A stretch of DNA of 64,000 bases from Candidatus Peribacteria bacterium (lineage in GTDB: Bacteria; Patescibacteriota; Gracilibacteria; Peribacterales; Peribacteraceae): NCBI GenBank assembly GCA_009691405.1, contig SICN01000001.1, positions 11,651 through 75,650 of the forward strand. Direction: 5' to 3'. Of this stretch, positions 19,386 to 29,582 are shown piece by piece. The position numbers were made by a program, and so were the translations under genes. Position 1 is the stretch's first letter. Each line of letters opens with the position of its first letter. The notes beneath the pieces were generated by a model. It had not been told where the DNA came from, ran no database searches, and was given only the letters and a program-made list of their open reading frames with translations.

Positions 19386-20831
19386 ATGATTTCTATGACT
19401 GAAGAAAAGACGTGGGATTGGGGAAAGATTCTCTTCCGACTTGCCGCTTTGATGTATGCGATTGCGCTGGTTGCGTATTTTTTTCATGCACTCGACATCA
19501 ATCCGCAATTTGATACGCAGGGCATTCGTTATTCACTCGAGTTGCTCTCCGCTAAAGACCAAGGTCAGTTGTGGGACTGGCTCACACAGATTCCTCCGCG
19601 GAAATATCCATTGCTCTATATTCTGCCCTTCTCATTGCTCGAGAGTTTTTTTTGGGTGTCGAATGAGGGGATGGACATGATTCATGTCCACGCGATTACG
19701 CGCTTGGTCACCGTTTTGTATGCCTTGGGGACTTTTTGGGTACTGGGTCGCATCACGCGTCGACTCTTCGGGGATCATCGAGCGGCAACCTTGCTCCTCA
19801 TGACCAGCACGAACTTTTTTCTCTTCTCGACGGCTGTCCGTCCTCACATGGCAGCCGCCTTTTGGATGCTTATGACATTCTCTTTCTCCTTTGATCTGCG
19901 GCACGATTCCTCACTGAAGATGAAGTGTCTGGCGTTCGGATCTGCAGCATGTTCTTTTGCGGTTCTGCAGAGCGGACTTTTTGCATTCTTCTTCCCCGTA
20001 TTTGCAATACTCTTCTATGATCGTCACGTTCAACCCTTCTTGAAGGCAGCCGGTTGGAGCATTGGAGCAGGTGCTCTCGGGCTCATCGTCGGCTATCCGT
20101 TCGTGCTCACCATGTTGTCGGGGGCTACGGGTGCGACGACGCTGGCTGCCGGCATGAATCATGATGTTGGTATTTTCATGCTTCCCGAGCTTTTGCCTCT
20201 CAAATTCTGGCAACTGTTCGCGTGTGACAGCATTCTTCTTCTTGCCGCCGCATACGGCGTATGGAAAACATGGCAGAAGAAAGAGAAGACCATGCCGATC
20301 TTGATCACGCTCTTTCTGTTTGTTCTGGTTTTTGGCATGCAGCCCATCACTTCGCCCAGATTTTTTATTCCCGTACTTCCGTTTTTTGCCATTCTTGGCG
20401 CTCCGGCGCTCATCGGTCGACGAAGATTGCACATGGCAATCGCGTGTCTGTGCATTCTGATGTTTGCGAAATTGGCTTTGTTGGCAGCACAGCCGAATAC
20501 ATATCAGCGAGCCAGTGCGTTCGTGAACGCTCAGGACGGGTTTCTTCTCACGCGCATACCGACGTATTTTCTGAATGTTCCCGATGAAAAATACGCGAAG
20601 ACCGATCAGGATGCCAAGCGCCTCTTCTTTTTGCTGAAAGAAAACGAGCACATTCCGGACGTAGAAGCATTACCACTGTGCGCATCATTCATTGCAACTG
20701 ATTTGCCTACTGAAAATCTCATCTCCAATTACATGTTCCTATGGCAGGAGGTAGAGTGGCCACTGCTGTACTTGGCAGGAACCAAATCACTCGGGATCAA
20801 TCTTCGGATGTACTGTACTCCGCCGCTCTAA
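19386..20831 (+). CDS. Polytopic membrane protein, GT-C-like glycosyltransferase
   Basis: About 10-11 hydrophobic segments, an acidic residue in the first loop, and PRFFIP (RY/FxxP) motif. Start may be ATG 19395. Confidence 0.55.
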   Translation: MISMTEEKTWDWGKILFRLAALMYAIALVAYFFHALDINPQFDTQGIRYSLELLSAKDQGQLWDWLTQIPPRKYPLLYILPFSLLESFFWVSNEGMDMIHVHAITRLVTVLYALGTFWVLGRITRRLFGDHRAATLLLMTSTNFFLFSTAVRPHMAAAFWMLMTFSFSFDLRHDSSLKMKCLAFGSAACSFAVLQSGLFAFFFPVFAILFYDRHVQPFLKAAGWSIGAGALGLIVGYPFVLTMLSGATGATTLAAGMNHDVGIFMLPELLPLKFWQLFACDSILLLAAAYGVWKTWQKKEKTMPILITLFLFVLVFGMQPITSPRFFIPVLPFFAILGAPALIGRRRLHMAIACLCILMFAKLALLAAQPNTYQRASAFVNAQDGFLLTRIPTYFLNVPDEKYAKTDQDAKRLFFLLKENEHIPDVEALPLCASFIATDLPTENLISNYMFLWQEVEWPLLYLAGTKSLGINLRMYCTPPL

Positions 20832-20853
20832 ACATTTTTCTCCGGATTCACGT

Positions 20854-22023
20854 ATGCGCATCGCCTACTGCACCAACGTCCGTCTTCCGAGTGAACGGGC
20901 GCACGGCCACCAGATCGCCAAGGTCACGCAGGCGCTTCGGGAGCTCGGCCACGAGGTCGAGATCTTCGCTCCGTACAGGAAGAATGCCATCGATGAGAGT
21001 TTCGCGTCGTACTACGGGCTGACGGACAACGTGCATTTGCATCATCTCGGGACGATCGACGGCATCGCTGCATGGTGGGCACCCGGTGTTCTGGGGCTCA
21101 AACTCACGACATTCCTCTTCGGTCGTATTCTTCAGAAGATTCTTTTGAAGCGTGCGAAAGAGTTTGACGTGATCTATACGCGTACTCCGGAACTTCTGTC
21201 GGTACTCTCGAGGATCGGCGTACCGTTGATTGTGGAGCTCCATCGCATCCCACGCCTCGGACGATGGAGATTTCTCTCGCTCATTCGCTCCTGCTCACTC
21301 ATCGTCACGCTCACGAGCCCGATGCGTCAAGCGCTCATCGATCTGGGAGTTTCCGATATTCCGGTGGTAGCCGAAGGCGATGCCGTCGATCTTCACGATT
21401 TCGAAGCAGTGCCCGATTCGAAAGCAACGAGAGATTCTCTTCGAGTGCCGTCTGGCATGCCGCTCATCGTCTACGCCGGACAATTGGAATCGATGGGACT
21501 CTCGAAAGGCATCCCCGAGCTTCTCGATGCACTCGAGATCCTCAGCAAGCGCGGGCTTGAGTATCGGGCGGTCATCGCCGGAGGCCCAGAAAACATTGCC
21601 GAGCACTTCAGAGAGACGCTCCCTAGGCTCCTGCGGACGTGTGTTACCTTCACGGGTCATATCCCGCACCTTAAAATCCCCACACTCCTCACGGCTGCCG
21701 ATGTTCTCGTCTATCCGGCACCGAAGTCGGATCATCCTTTCTATCGCCGTGATACGTCGCCCCTCAAACTGTTTGAGTACATGGCTGCCGGTCGACCGAC
21801 CGTCACGGCGGATCTTCCGCCCATTCACGATGCGCTCGATGAAACCATGACGCGTTTCTTTCCGGCAGGAGACAGTGAGGCGCTTGCGGAGAGCATTCGA
21901 CTCACACTGGAGGAGCCGCAAGAGAGCGCGAAGAGAGCAAGGCTTGCAAGGATTCATGTTGAACATTTCACATGGGAAAAACGCATGATTCGCATCTTGC
22001 AGGCTGCTAGAATCGCATCATGA
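20854..22023 (+). CDS. Glycosyltransferase family 4
   Basis: RLPSERAHG and TSPLKLFEYMAAG motifs. Confidence 0.9.
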   Translation: MRIAYCTNVRLPSERAHGHQIAKVTQALRELGHEVEIFAPYRKNAIDESFASYYGLTDNVHLHHLGTIDGIAAWWAPGVLGLKLTTFLFGRILQKILLKRAKEFDVIYTRTPELLSVLSRIGVPLIVELHRIPRLGRWRFLSLIRSCSLIVTLTSPMRQALIDLGVSDIPVVAEGDAVDLHDFEAVPDSKATRDSLRVPSGMPLIVYAGQLESMGLSKGIPELLDALEILSKRGLEYRAVIAGGPENIAEHFRETLPRLLRTCVTFTGHIPHLKIPTLLTAADVLVYPAPKSDHPFYRRDTSPLKLFEYMAAGRPTVTADLPPIHDALDETMTRFFPAGDSEALAESIRLTLEEPQESAKRARLARIHVEHFTWEKRMIRILQAARIAS

Positions 22024-23096
22024 TCACTGTTCTCAGCAGCGCCTCCGCACGTCCGAACTTTGTGAAGCTGGCTGCCGTGCACCATGCGCTTTCGAAGCAC
22101 AAAGACATTCGGCACATCATCGTGCATACGGGACAACACTACGATCCGCTCCTCTCGGATATTTTCTTCACGCAGCTCGGGATTCCCGAACCGGATAGCA
22201 ATCTTGGCGTGAGGGGCGGGGATAGGGAAGAGGTGATCGATTCAACGATGATCGCGATGGAACTTGCACTGGAGAAGTACAAACCGGATATTGTGCTTGT
22301 CTATGGTGACGTCAACGGTGCCGTCGGTGCGGCGCGCGCTGCGAAGAACGCGGGCATACGACTTGGGCACGTCGAAGCAGGTCTTCGGTCGTTCGACGTT
22401 TTAATGCCTGAAGAATTAAATCGCATCGAAATCGATCAGCTTGCGGATGAGCTGTTCGTGACCGAACAATCGGGAATCGACAATCTCGGGGTCGAAGGCA
22501 TGAAAGGCAATGTGCACTTCGTTGGCAATACGATGATCGATACGTTGATCCGTATGATGCCGCAGATTGATGCAGTGACGCTCGCACCCGAGTTACCGGA
22601 ACGTTTCGCAATCGTCACGTTGCATCGGCCCAGTAATGTCGACGATCGTGACGTGTTGATTGCAAATTTCGAATTTTTGAAAGACATCGCAAAATATATT
22701 CCTGTGTTGCTTCCCGCGCACCCGCGTCTTGCTGCTGCTCTTCAGAAAGCCGGCATCGATCCGAAGAAGCTTGTATCACTTGGCATCTTCATTACGGAAT
22801 CGTTCGGCTATCTGCAGTTTCTGCATCTTCTCAAACATGCAGCGTTCGTTCTCACCGATTCCGGTGGCATTCAGGAAGAAGCTGTGCTCCTGAGGAAGCG
22901 CTGCTTCACCATGCGCAGGAATACCGAGCGTCCGAGTACGATCGACAGTGGTAGCAATGTTCTGATTGATCCGAATGTTTCGTCAGATCGGACGAAAGTT
23001 CTGGAGTTTGCAAACAATCCCGTCACTCTCGTTATCAAAATCCCAGAGAAATGGGACGGAAAGGCAGGGGAGAGGATTGCGAAAATCCTCTCCTAG
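22020..23096 (+). CDS. wecB: UDP-N-acetylglucosamine 2-epimerase (non-hydrolysing)
   Basis: ARPNFVK, HTGQHYD, HVEAGLRS, MPEELNR, DSGGIQEE and TERP motifs. Confidence 0.93.
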   Translation: MITVLSSASARPNFVKLAAVHHALSKHKDIRHIIVHTGQHYDPLLSDIFFTQLGIPEPDSNLGVRGGDREEVIDSTMIAMELALEKYKPDIVLVYGDVNGAVGAARAAKNAGIRLGHVEAGLRSFDVLMPEELNRIEIDQLADELFVTEQSGIDNLGVEGMKGNVHFVGNTMIDTLIRMMPQIDAVTLAPELPERFAIVTLHRPSNVDDRDVLIANFEFLKDIAKYIPVLLPAHPRLAAALQKAGIDPKKLVSLGIFITESFGYLQFLHLLKHAAFVLTDSGGIQEEAVLLRKRCFTMRRNTERPSTIDSGSNVLIDPNVSSDRTKVLEFANNPVTLVIKIPEKWDGKAGERIAKILS

Positions 23097-23170
23097 ACAA
23101 CGTTGCTCGTACGATCTTATACATCTTCTATGATTCAAAACTTTTTTGATGACAGATAGATGCTTCCATT

Positions 23171-23713
23171 TCAGCGTCTTTTCTCAAGCTCCTCCTTAAT
23201 CCGCAAATCCACTGCTTTTTGCTCCGAAGTCTTCATTTCCAATATCTGATTGAGGGCTGACTCTGCTTCTGTGATGGCAGACTCTGCCTCATTGAGATTA
23301 GGCTTTGCTTCTTTCGTAAGAGCTTCTGCTTTTGCAATATTTTCAGCTGCCGACTTGAGTAGGGGAGAGGTGACGAGAAGTCTTTGATCAAGCTTATCTA
23401 TGTTGCTCTTAAACAAATCGTATTTTTCTGGCCTAGCACCGTCTGCCCCGATCTGCCAAATCATCCTCTCTTTCATTACTTCTGCCTCTTCTAACTGCAT
23501 CCTATATTCCAAATTTTTTGCCGAATCTAGCATTACTAATAGCTGATCAAGTGTTTTGAGTTTCGGACCTTCATTTATTCCAGATCCCGCTACTTGGGAT
23601 GGTCCACTGTTGCCTTCTTGATTGCAACCTATGGCAGCGAGCGCAAGCATCCCGGTTGTAACTAATGTACGGAAAACCCCAGATCTATTTGGTTCGTTTA
23701 CTGAGACGTGCAA
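23171..23713 (-). CDS. Hypothetical helical lipoprotein (AT-rich; start uncertain)
   Basis: Lipobox-like LAAIGC, then a coiled-coil-like region. An in-frame ATG-TAA lies upstream at 23759-23764. Confidence 0.55.
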   Translation of the reverse strand: MHVSVNEPNRSGVFRTLVTTGMLALAAIGCNQEGNSGPSQVAGSGINEGPKLKTLDQLLVMLDSAKNLEYRMQLEEAEVMKERMIWQIGADGARPEKYDLFKSNIDKLDQRLLVTSPLLKSAAENIAKAEALTKEAKPNLNEAESAITEAESALNQILEMKTSEQKAVDLRIKEELEKRR

Positions 23714-23773
23714 TTGGCGAGGGACTTCAGAATCTTGCGGAGGAAATGATGTGGGAGATTACATATACACCTA

Positions 23774-24694
23774 TTATATATTAATAAAAGTATTTGTCAA
23801 GTACCACTCAACCGCCTTCTGTATTCCTTCATCGAACGAAGTTTTTGGCTCGTAGCCAAGCTTCTTCCTTGCTTTTGAAATGTCTGCAACGTAGCGGATG
23901 ACTTCGCCGGTTCGGGATGCTCCAAGGTTGACTATCGAAGAGCTTCCGGTGATCTTCTTGATGTCCTCAGCAAGCTTGATGATTGTTTGCCCTTCACCTG
24001 TTGCTAAGTTGTAGGTGTCGTTCTTTGCGGTTTCGAATTTGTCGATGCCCGCGATGATGCCGCTCACGGTGTCGTCGATGTATGTGAAGTCCAAGCATTT
24101 GTCTTTGCCGAAGATGGTCATCGGTTCGTTTTTGCGCGCGAGGCGGATGAAGAGCGGAACGACGCGCACCGAGTTGTCGTACATACCGTAGACATTGCTG
24201 AATCGGAAGGTGATCTGGTCGATCCCGTAGCATCTCCTGTACGCTTCCACGAGTGCCTCTCCGCCGACTTTGCTTGCGGTATAGGGGCTTTCGCAATTGT
24301 GCACGCGCACGAGATCTTCGGTGTACTTGTCGACACCGGTATTGCCATAGCTCTCGCGAGACGATGCGAACATGAAACGCTTGATGTTGTTTGCGCGCGC
24401 GAATTCGAGTGCATTGAATGTCGTGAGAAAATTGTCGCGTGCCCTGTCCGGGTGCTCGACGAGTTCATAGACGCGCGCGTTGGCGGCAAGGTGGATGAGC
24501 ATGTCTGCATCGACATGCATTGCCTTCACCGCCTCTTCATCACGCATGTCGAGCAGGGTTGTGATGTTCCGGACATCTTTGTTCCACTTGTTTGGGAGCC
24601 AGTCGAAACCGGTTACAGTGTCTCCCCGTGCGAGAAGTTTCTCGCAGAGTCGTGTACCGATTGTGCCAGAACTTCCAGTAACGAGGATTTTCAT
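23774..24694 (-). CDS. NAD-dependent epimerase/dehydratase
   Basis: GSSGTIG, YTASK, RFSNVYG and DFTYIDD motifs. Confidence 0.9.
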   Translation of the reverse strand: MKILVTGSSGTIGTRLCEKLLARGDTVTGFDWLPNKWNKDVRNITTLLDMRDEEAVKAMHVDADMLIHLAANARVYELVEHPDRARDNFLTTFNALEFARANNIKRFMFASSRESYGNTGVDKYTEDLVRVHNCESPYTASKVGGEALVEAYRRCYGIDQITFRFSNVYGMYDNSVRVVPLFIRLARKNEPMTIFGKDKCLDFTYIDDTVSGIIAGIDKFETAKNDTYNLATGEGQTIIKLAEDIKKITGSSSIVNLGASRTGEVIRYVADISKARKKLGYEPKTSFDEGIQKAVEWYLTNTFINI

Positions 24695-24784
24695 CGGGAG
24701 GAGTGTAGCAGGGTCTGTATTGACCTTTAAGCTTAAAGCTCATTGCTCCTGACAAATCTCCTTCACATCTCTACACTGTCACTC

Positions 24785-25780
24785 GTGCTTTCTCTGATCC
24801 TCCCTACCTACAATGAAGCGGCGAATATCAGTAACCTTCTCGAGATGCTCGATGGGGTGCTTGCAAACATTCCGCACGAGATCATCGTGGTGGACGACAA
24901 CTCTCCGGATCAGACGTGGAAAATCGCAACGGAAACCTCGAAGTTGCGCGGATGCATCAAGGTGCTTCGGCGTATGCACAAGAAGGGCCTCAGTTCCGCG
25001 GTTGTCGACGGGTTGGATGCGGCACACGGGACGATTCTCGCCGTCATGGACAGCGACGGTCAGCACGATGCTCAACTTCTTCTGTCACTTGTGGAGCACA
25101 TTCGGCAGGGTGCTGACATCAGTATCGGTTCCCGTTACGTGGAAGGCGGAAGTGTCGGTTCGTGGGTGAGAGATCGGCGCATCATCAGCAGAGTCGGCAC
25201 GTTCTTCGCTAAACGTTTGTCACGGGTTCCGGTGAGCGATCCGCTCGGAGGGTTCTTTGTATTGAAGCGCAGCGTATACCAAATCGTACGTCCGACATTG
25301 CATCCGACGGGCTTCAAAATTCTTTTGGAAATCCTTGCAGCTGTTCCGAAGCAGACCAAGCTGACGGAGGTTCCGTTGATTTTTCGCATGCGACTGCACG
25401 GTCAGAGCAAGTTATCGCTTCGAGTGCACGTCGCTTTTCTGTGTCAGATTATTCGACTGTCCTTTCGTTCGTTTGTGGAATTGCTCCGGAAGTCAGGGAT
25501 GATTCTCTTCATGACGCTGATCGTGATGACTGCTGTTTGGCTCTTCCCTCGTTTGCTCTCCCTACGTCTTCTCTACACGGATCCGACGATGCGAGAACGC
25601 GTGCAATCCGCTCTCACGACCGTTGCAGATAGGGAAGGATGGTTGCTCTCGGATATTGAGCTGCGCTCGGTTTCTTCGGACTCGATCGAAATATTGCATC
25701 GAGATCATCTTCGAACCGAGGCACCCGTTCGCGCTTGCACCATTCATCTTTCTTCATCGACTCTGTCATGTCCGGAATAA
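24785..25780 (+). CDS. Polyprenol-phosphate glycosyltransferase (DPM1-like GT2) with C-terminal TM and extension
   Basis: PTYNE, DDNSPDQT, MDSDGQH, GFKILLE and GQSKL motifs. GTG start has TACACT 7 nt upstream. Confidence 0.85.
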   Translation: MLSLILPTYNEAANISNLLEMLDGVLANIPHEIIVVDDNSPDQTWKIATETSKLRGCIKVLRRMHKKGLSSAVVDGLDAAHGTILAVMDSDGQHDAQLLLSLVEHIRQGADISIGSRYVEGGSVGSWVRDRRIISRVGTFFAKRLSRVPVSDPLGGFFVLKRSVYQIVRPTLHPTGFKILLEILAAVPKQTKLTEVPLIFRMRLHGQSKLSLRVHVAFLCQIIRLSFRSFVELLRKSGMILFMTLIVMTAVWLFPRLLSLRLLYTDPTMRERVQSALTTVADREGWLLSDIELRSVSSDSIEILHRDHLRTEAPVRACTIHLSSSTLSCPE

Positions 25781-26967
25781 CACTCAGAATCTGGCTTCTT
25801 GAATTCTATGCGTTAGCGCTTGCGCTCATTCGCATGCCGGGTGGCGTGCATACGGACGAAGCGAAGTACCTCCTTTCGATTCCTTATCCTCATCCTCCGA
25901 TTCTCCGTTCGCTCTTCGCGATGCTACGAGAGATGCCCCTGCAGGAATTTTTCATTCGTTTTCTCATCGCCAGCGCTCTCGTGCAGGCGGTATGGCTTCT
26001 CGTCGATATCGGTTACGTTCTCTCACATCGGAGGCGGATAGTGCTGGTGTTGAGTTGGCTTTTGAGCTCTGCTCTCGTGTTGCAGGCAGGTACGGTGATG
26101 ATGGTATCGCTCACCGCACTCTTCGGACTCGTGTGTGCTTGGCTTGCCCTTAGGCCGCAGCCAATTCGGCAAACATCAGCGCCTCTTCTTGCGTGCCTGT
26201 GGCTCTTCGCACTCTTCAGCGTCTACCAGTCCGTGCTCTACCTTCCTCTTCTCATCGGCATTCTCCGTGCTGCACAGACTTCCTATCGCAGAATGTTGTT
26301 GTTCCTCGCTCTGCCGCTTCTGCTGCTTGCGATGTACACACTGATCAATCCTCTCATCCTTGCGAGTATGGTGAATGTATCCTCGCAGGATGCAGTCTTG
26401 GAACTTGGCGTGCGCTTGTCGAATGTGCTCTGGATTTCTTTGGTCGCAGGAAGCGGCATTGTCACCCTTGCAGGGATCGTCGGGATTGCCTTAAGCAAGC
26501 GCATCGATTTCATCGCAACGCTCTTTCTCTTATCCGGATTCATCGCTCTTACTAGCCAGGATTACTACGCGATTCTCCTGACACCCGTGCTGTGTGCCGG
26601 TGTGATGTTGCTCCTTGGCAAACGGAAGATTTCGGGAGAACTTTTCATACCGCTTCATATTCTTTCGACTGCCGTCTTCATATTTATGGCTTTCCCACGC
26701 ACACCAATCACTCCTGCACGCATGACGATGCGATACTTGGCGGAGCAGAATATTCAAGGATTCGTGCTGATCGACGGACCATTCGGACACGAGTGGCAGT
26801 ACGAGAGCATAGGGCACTCGATCCGTCGTTTCACACAGACGCTCTCTTCATCGATCGAAGCATCGGCTGCCGCAATCGTTTGCACCAAACACACATGCGA
26901 AGAGGATGTCTCTGAAGATTGGATGAGGATGGAGGGTGCGCCGGTGGAGGTGTGGATAAAGCGATGA
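25768..26967 (+). CDS. Polytopic membrane protein, GT-C-like
   Basis: HTDEAKY first-loop DE motif, HPP, and many TM segments. Confidence 0.55.
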   Translation: MSGITLRIWLLEFYALALALIRMPGGVHTDEAKYLLSIPYPHPPILRSLFAMLREMPLQEFFIRFLIASALVQAVWLLVDIGYVLSHRRRIVLVLSWLLSSALVLQAGTVMMVSLTALFGLVCAWLALRPQPIRQTSAPLLACLWLFALFSVYQSVLYLPLLIGILRAAQTSYRRMLLFLALPLLLLAMYTLINPLILASMVNVSSQDAVLELGVRLSNVLWISLVAGSGIVTLAGIVGIALSKRIDFIATLFLLSGFIALTSQDYYAILLTPVLCAGVMLLLGKRKISGELFIPLHILSTAVFIFMAFPRTPITPARMTMRYLAEQNIQGFVLIDGPFGHEWQYESIGHSIRRFTQTLSSSIEASAAAIVCTKHTCEEDVSEDWMRMEGAPVEVWIKR

Positions 26968-27028
26968 GCTTTGAGCTCTGAGCGATGAGGGAACAGTGCT
27001 CAAAGCTCATGACTCATAGCTCACAGCT
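26961..27028. repeat. Inverted tandem heptamer repeat (GCnnTGA)4 / (CTCAnAG)4 between convergent genes
   Basis: GCGATGA GCTTTGA GCTCTGA GCGATGA...CTCAAAG CTCATGA CTCATAG CTCACAG. Both flanking stop codons fall inside the arms. Confidence 0.8.
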
Positions 27029-27968
27029 GATAATATTCCCTATACCATTCCACAAACTTCGGTACACCCTGTGCAATGCGTGTCTTCGGCTCGAAACCGA
27101 GCATTGTCTTTGCCTTCGAGATGTCGGCCAAACTCGCTCTGGTATCGCCGGGTTGCATGGGGTGAAATTCTTTCTTCGCTTCCTTGCCGCAAGACGTCTC
27201 GACCATGCGGATGTACTCCATCAATTCCTCCTGCCTTCCGCAGCCCAAGTTGAAGAGTTCTTCCGGATAATTTTTGTCGATCGCGGCGATGATTCCAGAG
27301 ACGATGTCGTCGATGTATGTGAAATCGCGTTGCATTTTCCCTTCGCCGTAGACGGTCAGCGGACGATCATGCAGGAGTGCGTCCGTAAAGAGGAAGAGTG
27401 CCATGTCGGGTCGACCGAGTGGACCATAGACCGTGAAGAACCGCAGTCCCGTGACGTTTGTGCCATAGAGCGAGTGGTAGGTATGTGCCATCAGCTCGTT
27501 GTCTTTCTTGTTCTGACCGTAGAGCGAGAGCTGATCATCTGTGCGATCCGATTCGGAGGAGGGGAGTTTGGTGTTGCCGCCGTAGACCGAGCTGCTTGAG
27601 GCGTAGATCAGTCCGGGGATTTTCTGTTTTCGAACTTCGTCGAGCACATGGAAGAACCCGGTGATGTTGATCGCGATGTATTCGTCCGGATGATCAAATG
27701 CGTACCGGACTCCTGCGAGTGCGGCAAGATGCAGCACACGATCGACGCCGTTCATCGCTTTTGCGACTGTGGCGCGGTCCAGAATATCACCTCTGATAAA
27801 CGTGAAGCCTTTCTTTTCTTGCAGCAGCTTGAGCCGCGCCTCCTTGAGTGTTGGGTCGTAGTAATTGCTGACATTATCAAGCCCGATCACTTCGTCCCCG
27901 CGCTCAAGCAGTTTGACAGTCGTGTGGTAGCCGATGAATCCGGCAGCGCCGGTCAGGAGGATTCTCAT
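27021..27968 (-). CDS. UDP-glucuronate 4-epimerase-like NAD-dependent epimerase
   Basis: GAAGFIG, LAALAGVRY, RFFTVYGPLGRPDMA and QPGD motifs; next to ugd. Confidence 0.88.
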   Translation of the reverse strand: MRILLTGAAGFIGYHTTVKLLERGDEVIGLDNVSNYYDPTLKEARLKLLQEKKGFTFIRGDILDRATVAKAMNGVDRVLHLAALAGVRYAFDHPDEYIAINITGFFHVLDEVRKQKIPGLIYASSSSVYGGNTKLPSSESDRTDDQLSLYGQNKKDNELMAHTYHSLYGTNVTGLRFFTVYGPLGRPDMALFLFTDALLHDRPLTVYGEGKMQRDFTYIDDIVSGIIAAIDKNYPEELFNLGCGRQEELMEYIRMVETSCGKEAKKEFHPMQPGDTRASLADISKAKTMLGFEPKTRIAQGVPKFVEWYREYYQL

Positions 27969-27991
27969 TAATCGAATTCTAGCAGATAATC

Positions 27992-28180
27992 TTAATTCGA
28001 AGGTGACACATGATCATCCATTCCAGCGACTTCGTTCATTGCTTGTCCGAAGGTATGTGTACCTGCAGCAACAAGTTGATGTATCTGTTTAGCTCTGACA
28101 TTCGCAGCTTCAGTACCGTGATCGAGATCGCCAAATAATTCATCATGGTGACCTTCAACAGTATTTACGGAAGATTTCAT
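27992..28180 (-). CDS. Small hypothetical protein
   Basis: 62-aa ORF filling the gap between ugd and the epimerase on the same strand; no recognisable motif. Confidence 0.4.
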   Translation of the reverse strand: MKSSVNTVEGHHDELFGDLDHGTEAANVRAKQIHQLVAAGTHTFGQAMNEVAGMDDHVSPSN

Positions 28181-28211
28181 CGTTGGGCTTGGGGAAAATA
28201 AAGCCGAATTA

Positions 28212-29534
28212 CTATACCCCAATCCCAAAATATTGCAAGCCCTCTCTTCTCACTTCGTCGGGTTCGTAGATATTCCGCCCATCAAACAGTAGTTTTCCAT
28301 TCATTTTCTTCTTTAATTCTTTCAGATCAGCTCCGCGGAAGACATCCCATTCCGTCAGGACAAGAAGTGCATCAGCCTTCTTCACTGCATCGTTTACATC
28401 CTTTGCATACGTCACGCTTTTGGGTAGCAGTGGTCTAGCACGATTCATCGCAACAGGGTCGAAGGCACTCACGGCGTGTCCGGCTTCGATCAGCGCTGTG
28501 ATGACATCGATACTTGGAGCTTCGCGCATGTCGTCGGTCTTCGGTTTGAAGGCAAGCCCCCACACGCCGACCTGGGATTTTTTTGGCAGTGTTGTGAGGA
28601 TTTTTGCGATGAATCGCTCACGCTGTTTCCGGTTCACCTTGTCTGTGGCTTCGACAATCGGCATCGAAAGACCGTATTCTTTTGCAGTCGCAAGAAGCGC
28701 TTTCACATCCTTCGGGAAGCAGCTCCCACCGTAGCCGATGCCCGCGTGCAGGAACTTCGGCCCGATGCGCTGGTCGAGCCCCATGCCGGCGGCGATATCG
28801 CGGATATTCGCCCCGGTTTTCTCGCAGAGTTCGGTGAGCATGTTGATGAAGCTGATCTTCGTCGCAAGGAACGCGTTGCTTGCATACTTCACGATCTCCG
28901 CACTCTCACGACTCATGAAGAGGAGAGGCTTATTCGCGCGCGTGATCGGTCGGTACAATTCTTCAAGCAGATGTTTTGAATCCAGTTTCTTGAATGTCGG
29001 ATCGTCGTTCAGCCCGACGATGATTCTGTCGGGCATCATCGTATCGGGGACAGCCATGCCTTCACGAAGGAACTCCGGATTGCTGACGACGTGCACGGAG
29101 AGGGACGATTTTCTCTTCTTGAGCACGGCATCGATTCTCTTCTGGCACTCTGCACCGGTGCCGACGGGGACTGTCGATTTGTTCACGAAGACAAGATTGC
29201 CATCGATCGTCTGTGCGACCGTTTCTGCAACCGTGAACACTGCGCGGAGGTCCGCTCGGTGCCCTTCTCCTTCTGGTGTTGCCACAGCCGAGAAGAGAAT
29301 TTTCGCATCAGGAAGAGCTTCCTCAAGTTTCGTCGTGAAGCGGAGTTTTCCGCTCTTCAGTCCCGACTGGAGAAGCTCCTCGAGTCCCGGTTCGTAGATC
29401 GGGCTTTTACCAAGCTTCAGCATCGCGACTTTCGCCGCATCGATATCGACGCCGACGACCTCATGTCCAAGTTCTGCAAAACATGCAGCGGAAACGAGTC
29501 CAACGTAGCCGGTACCGACGATTGTGATCTTCAT
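28212..29534 (-). CDS. ugd: UDP-glucose 6-dehydrogenase
   Basis: GTGYVG, KSTVPVG, NPEFLREG, GYGGSCFPKD and FKPKTDDMREAP motifs. Confidence 0.95.
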   Translation of the reverse strand: MKITIVGTGYVGLVSAACFAELGHEVVGVDIDAAKVAMLKLGKSPIYEPGLEELLQSGLKSGKLRFTTKLEEALPDAKILFSAVATPEGEGHRADLRAVFTVAETVAQTIDGNLVFVNKSTVPVGTGAECQKRIDAVLKKRKSSLSVHVVSNPEFLREGMAVPDTMMPDRIIVGLNDDPTFKKLDSKHLLEELYRPITRANKPLLFMSRESAEIVKYASNAFLATKISFINMLTELCEKTGANIRDIAAGMGLDQRIGPKFLHAGIGYGGSCFPKDVKALLATAKEYGLSMPIVEATDKVNRKQRERFIAKILTTLPKKSQVGVWGLAFKPKTDDMREAPSIDVITALIEAGHAVSAFDPVAMNRARPLLPKSVTYAKDVNDAVKKADALLVLTEWDVFRGADLKELKKKMNGKLLFDGRNIYEPDEVRREGLQYFGIGV

Positions 29535-29582
29535 GGGTGCTTGCAGTCTATCTCAAGCCGAAAAGAGATGTAAGATAGGGTT

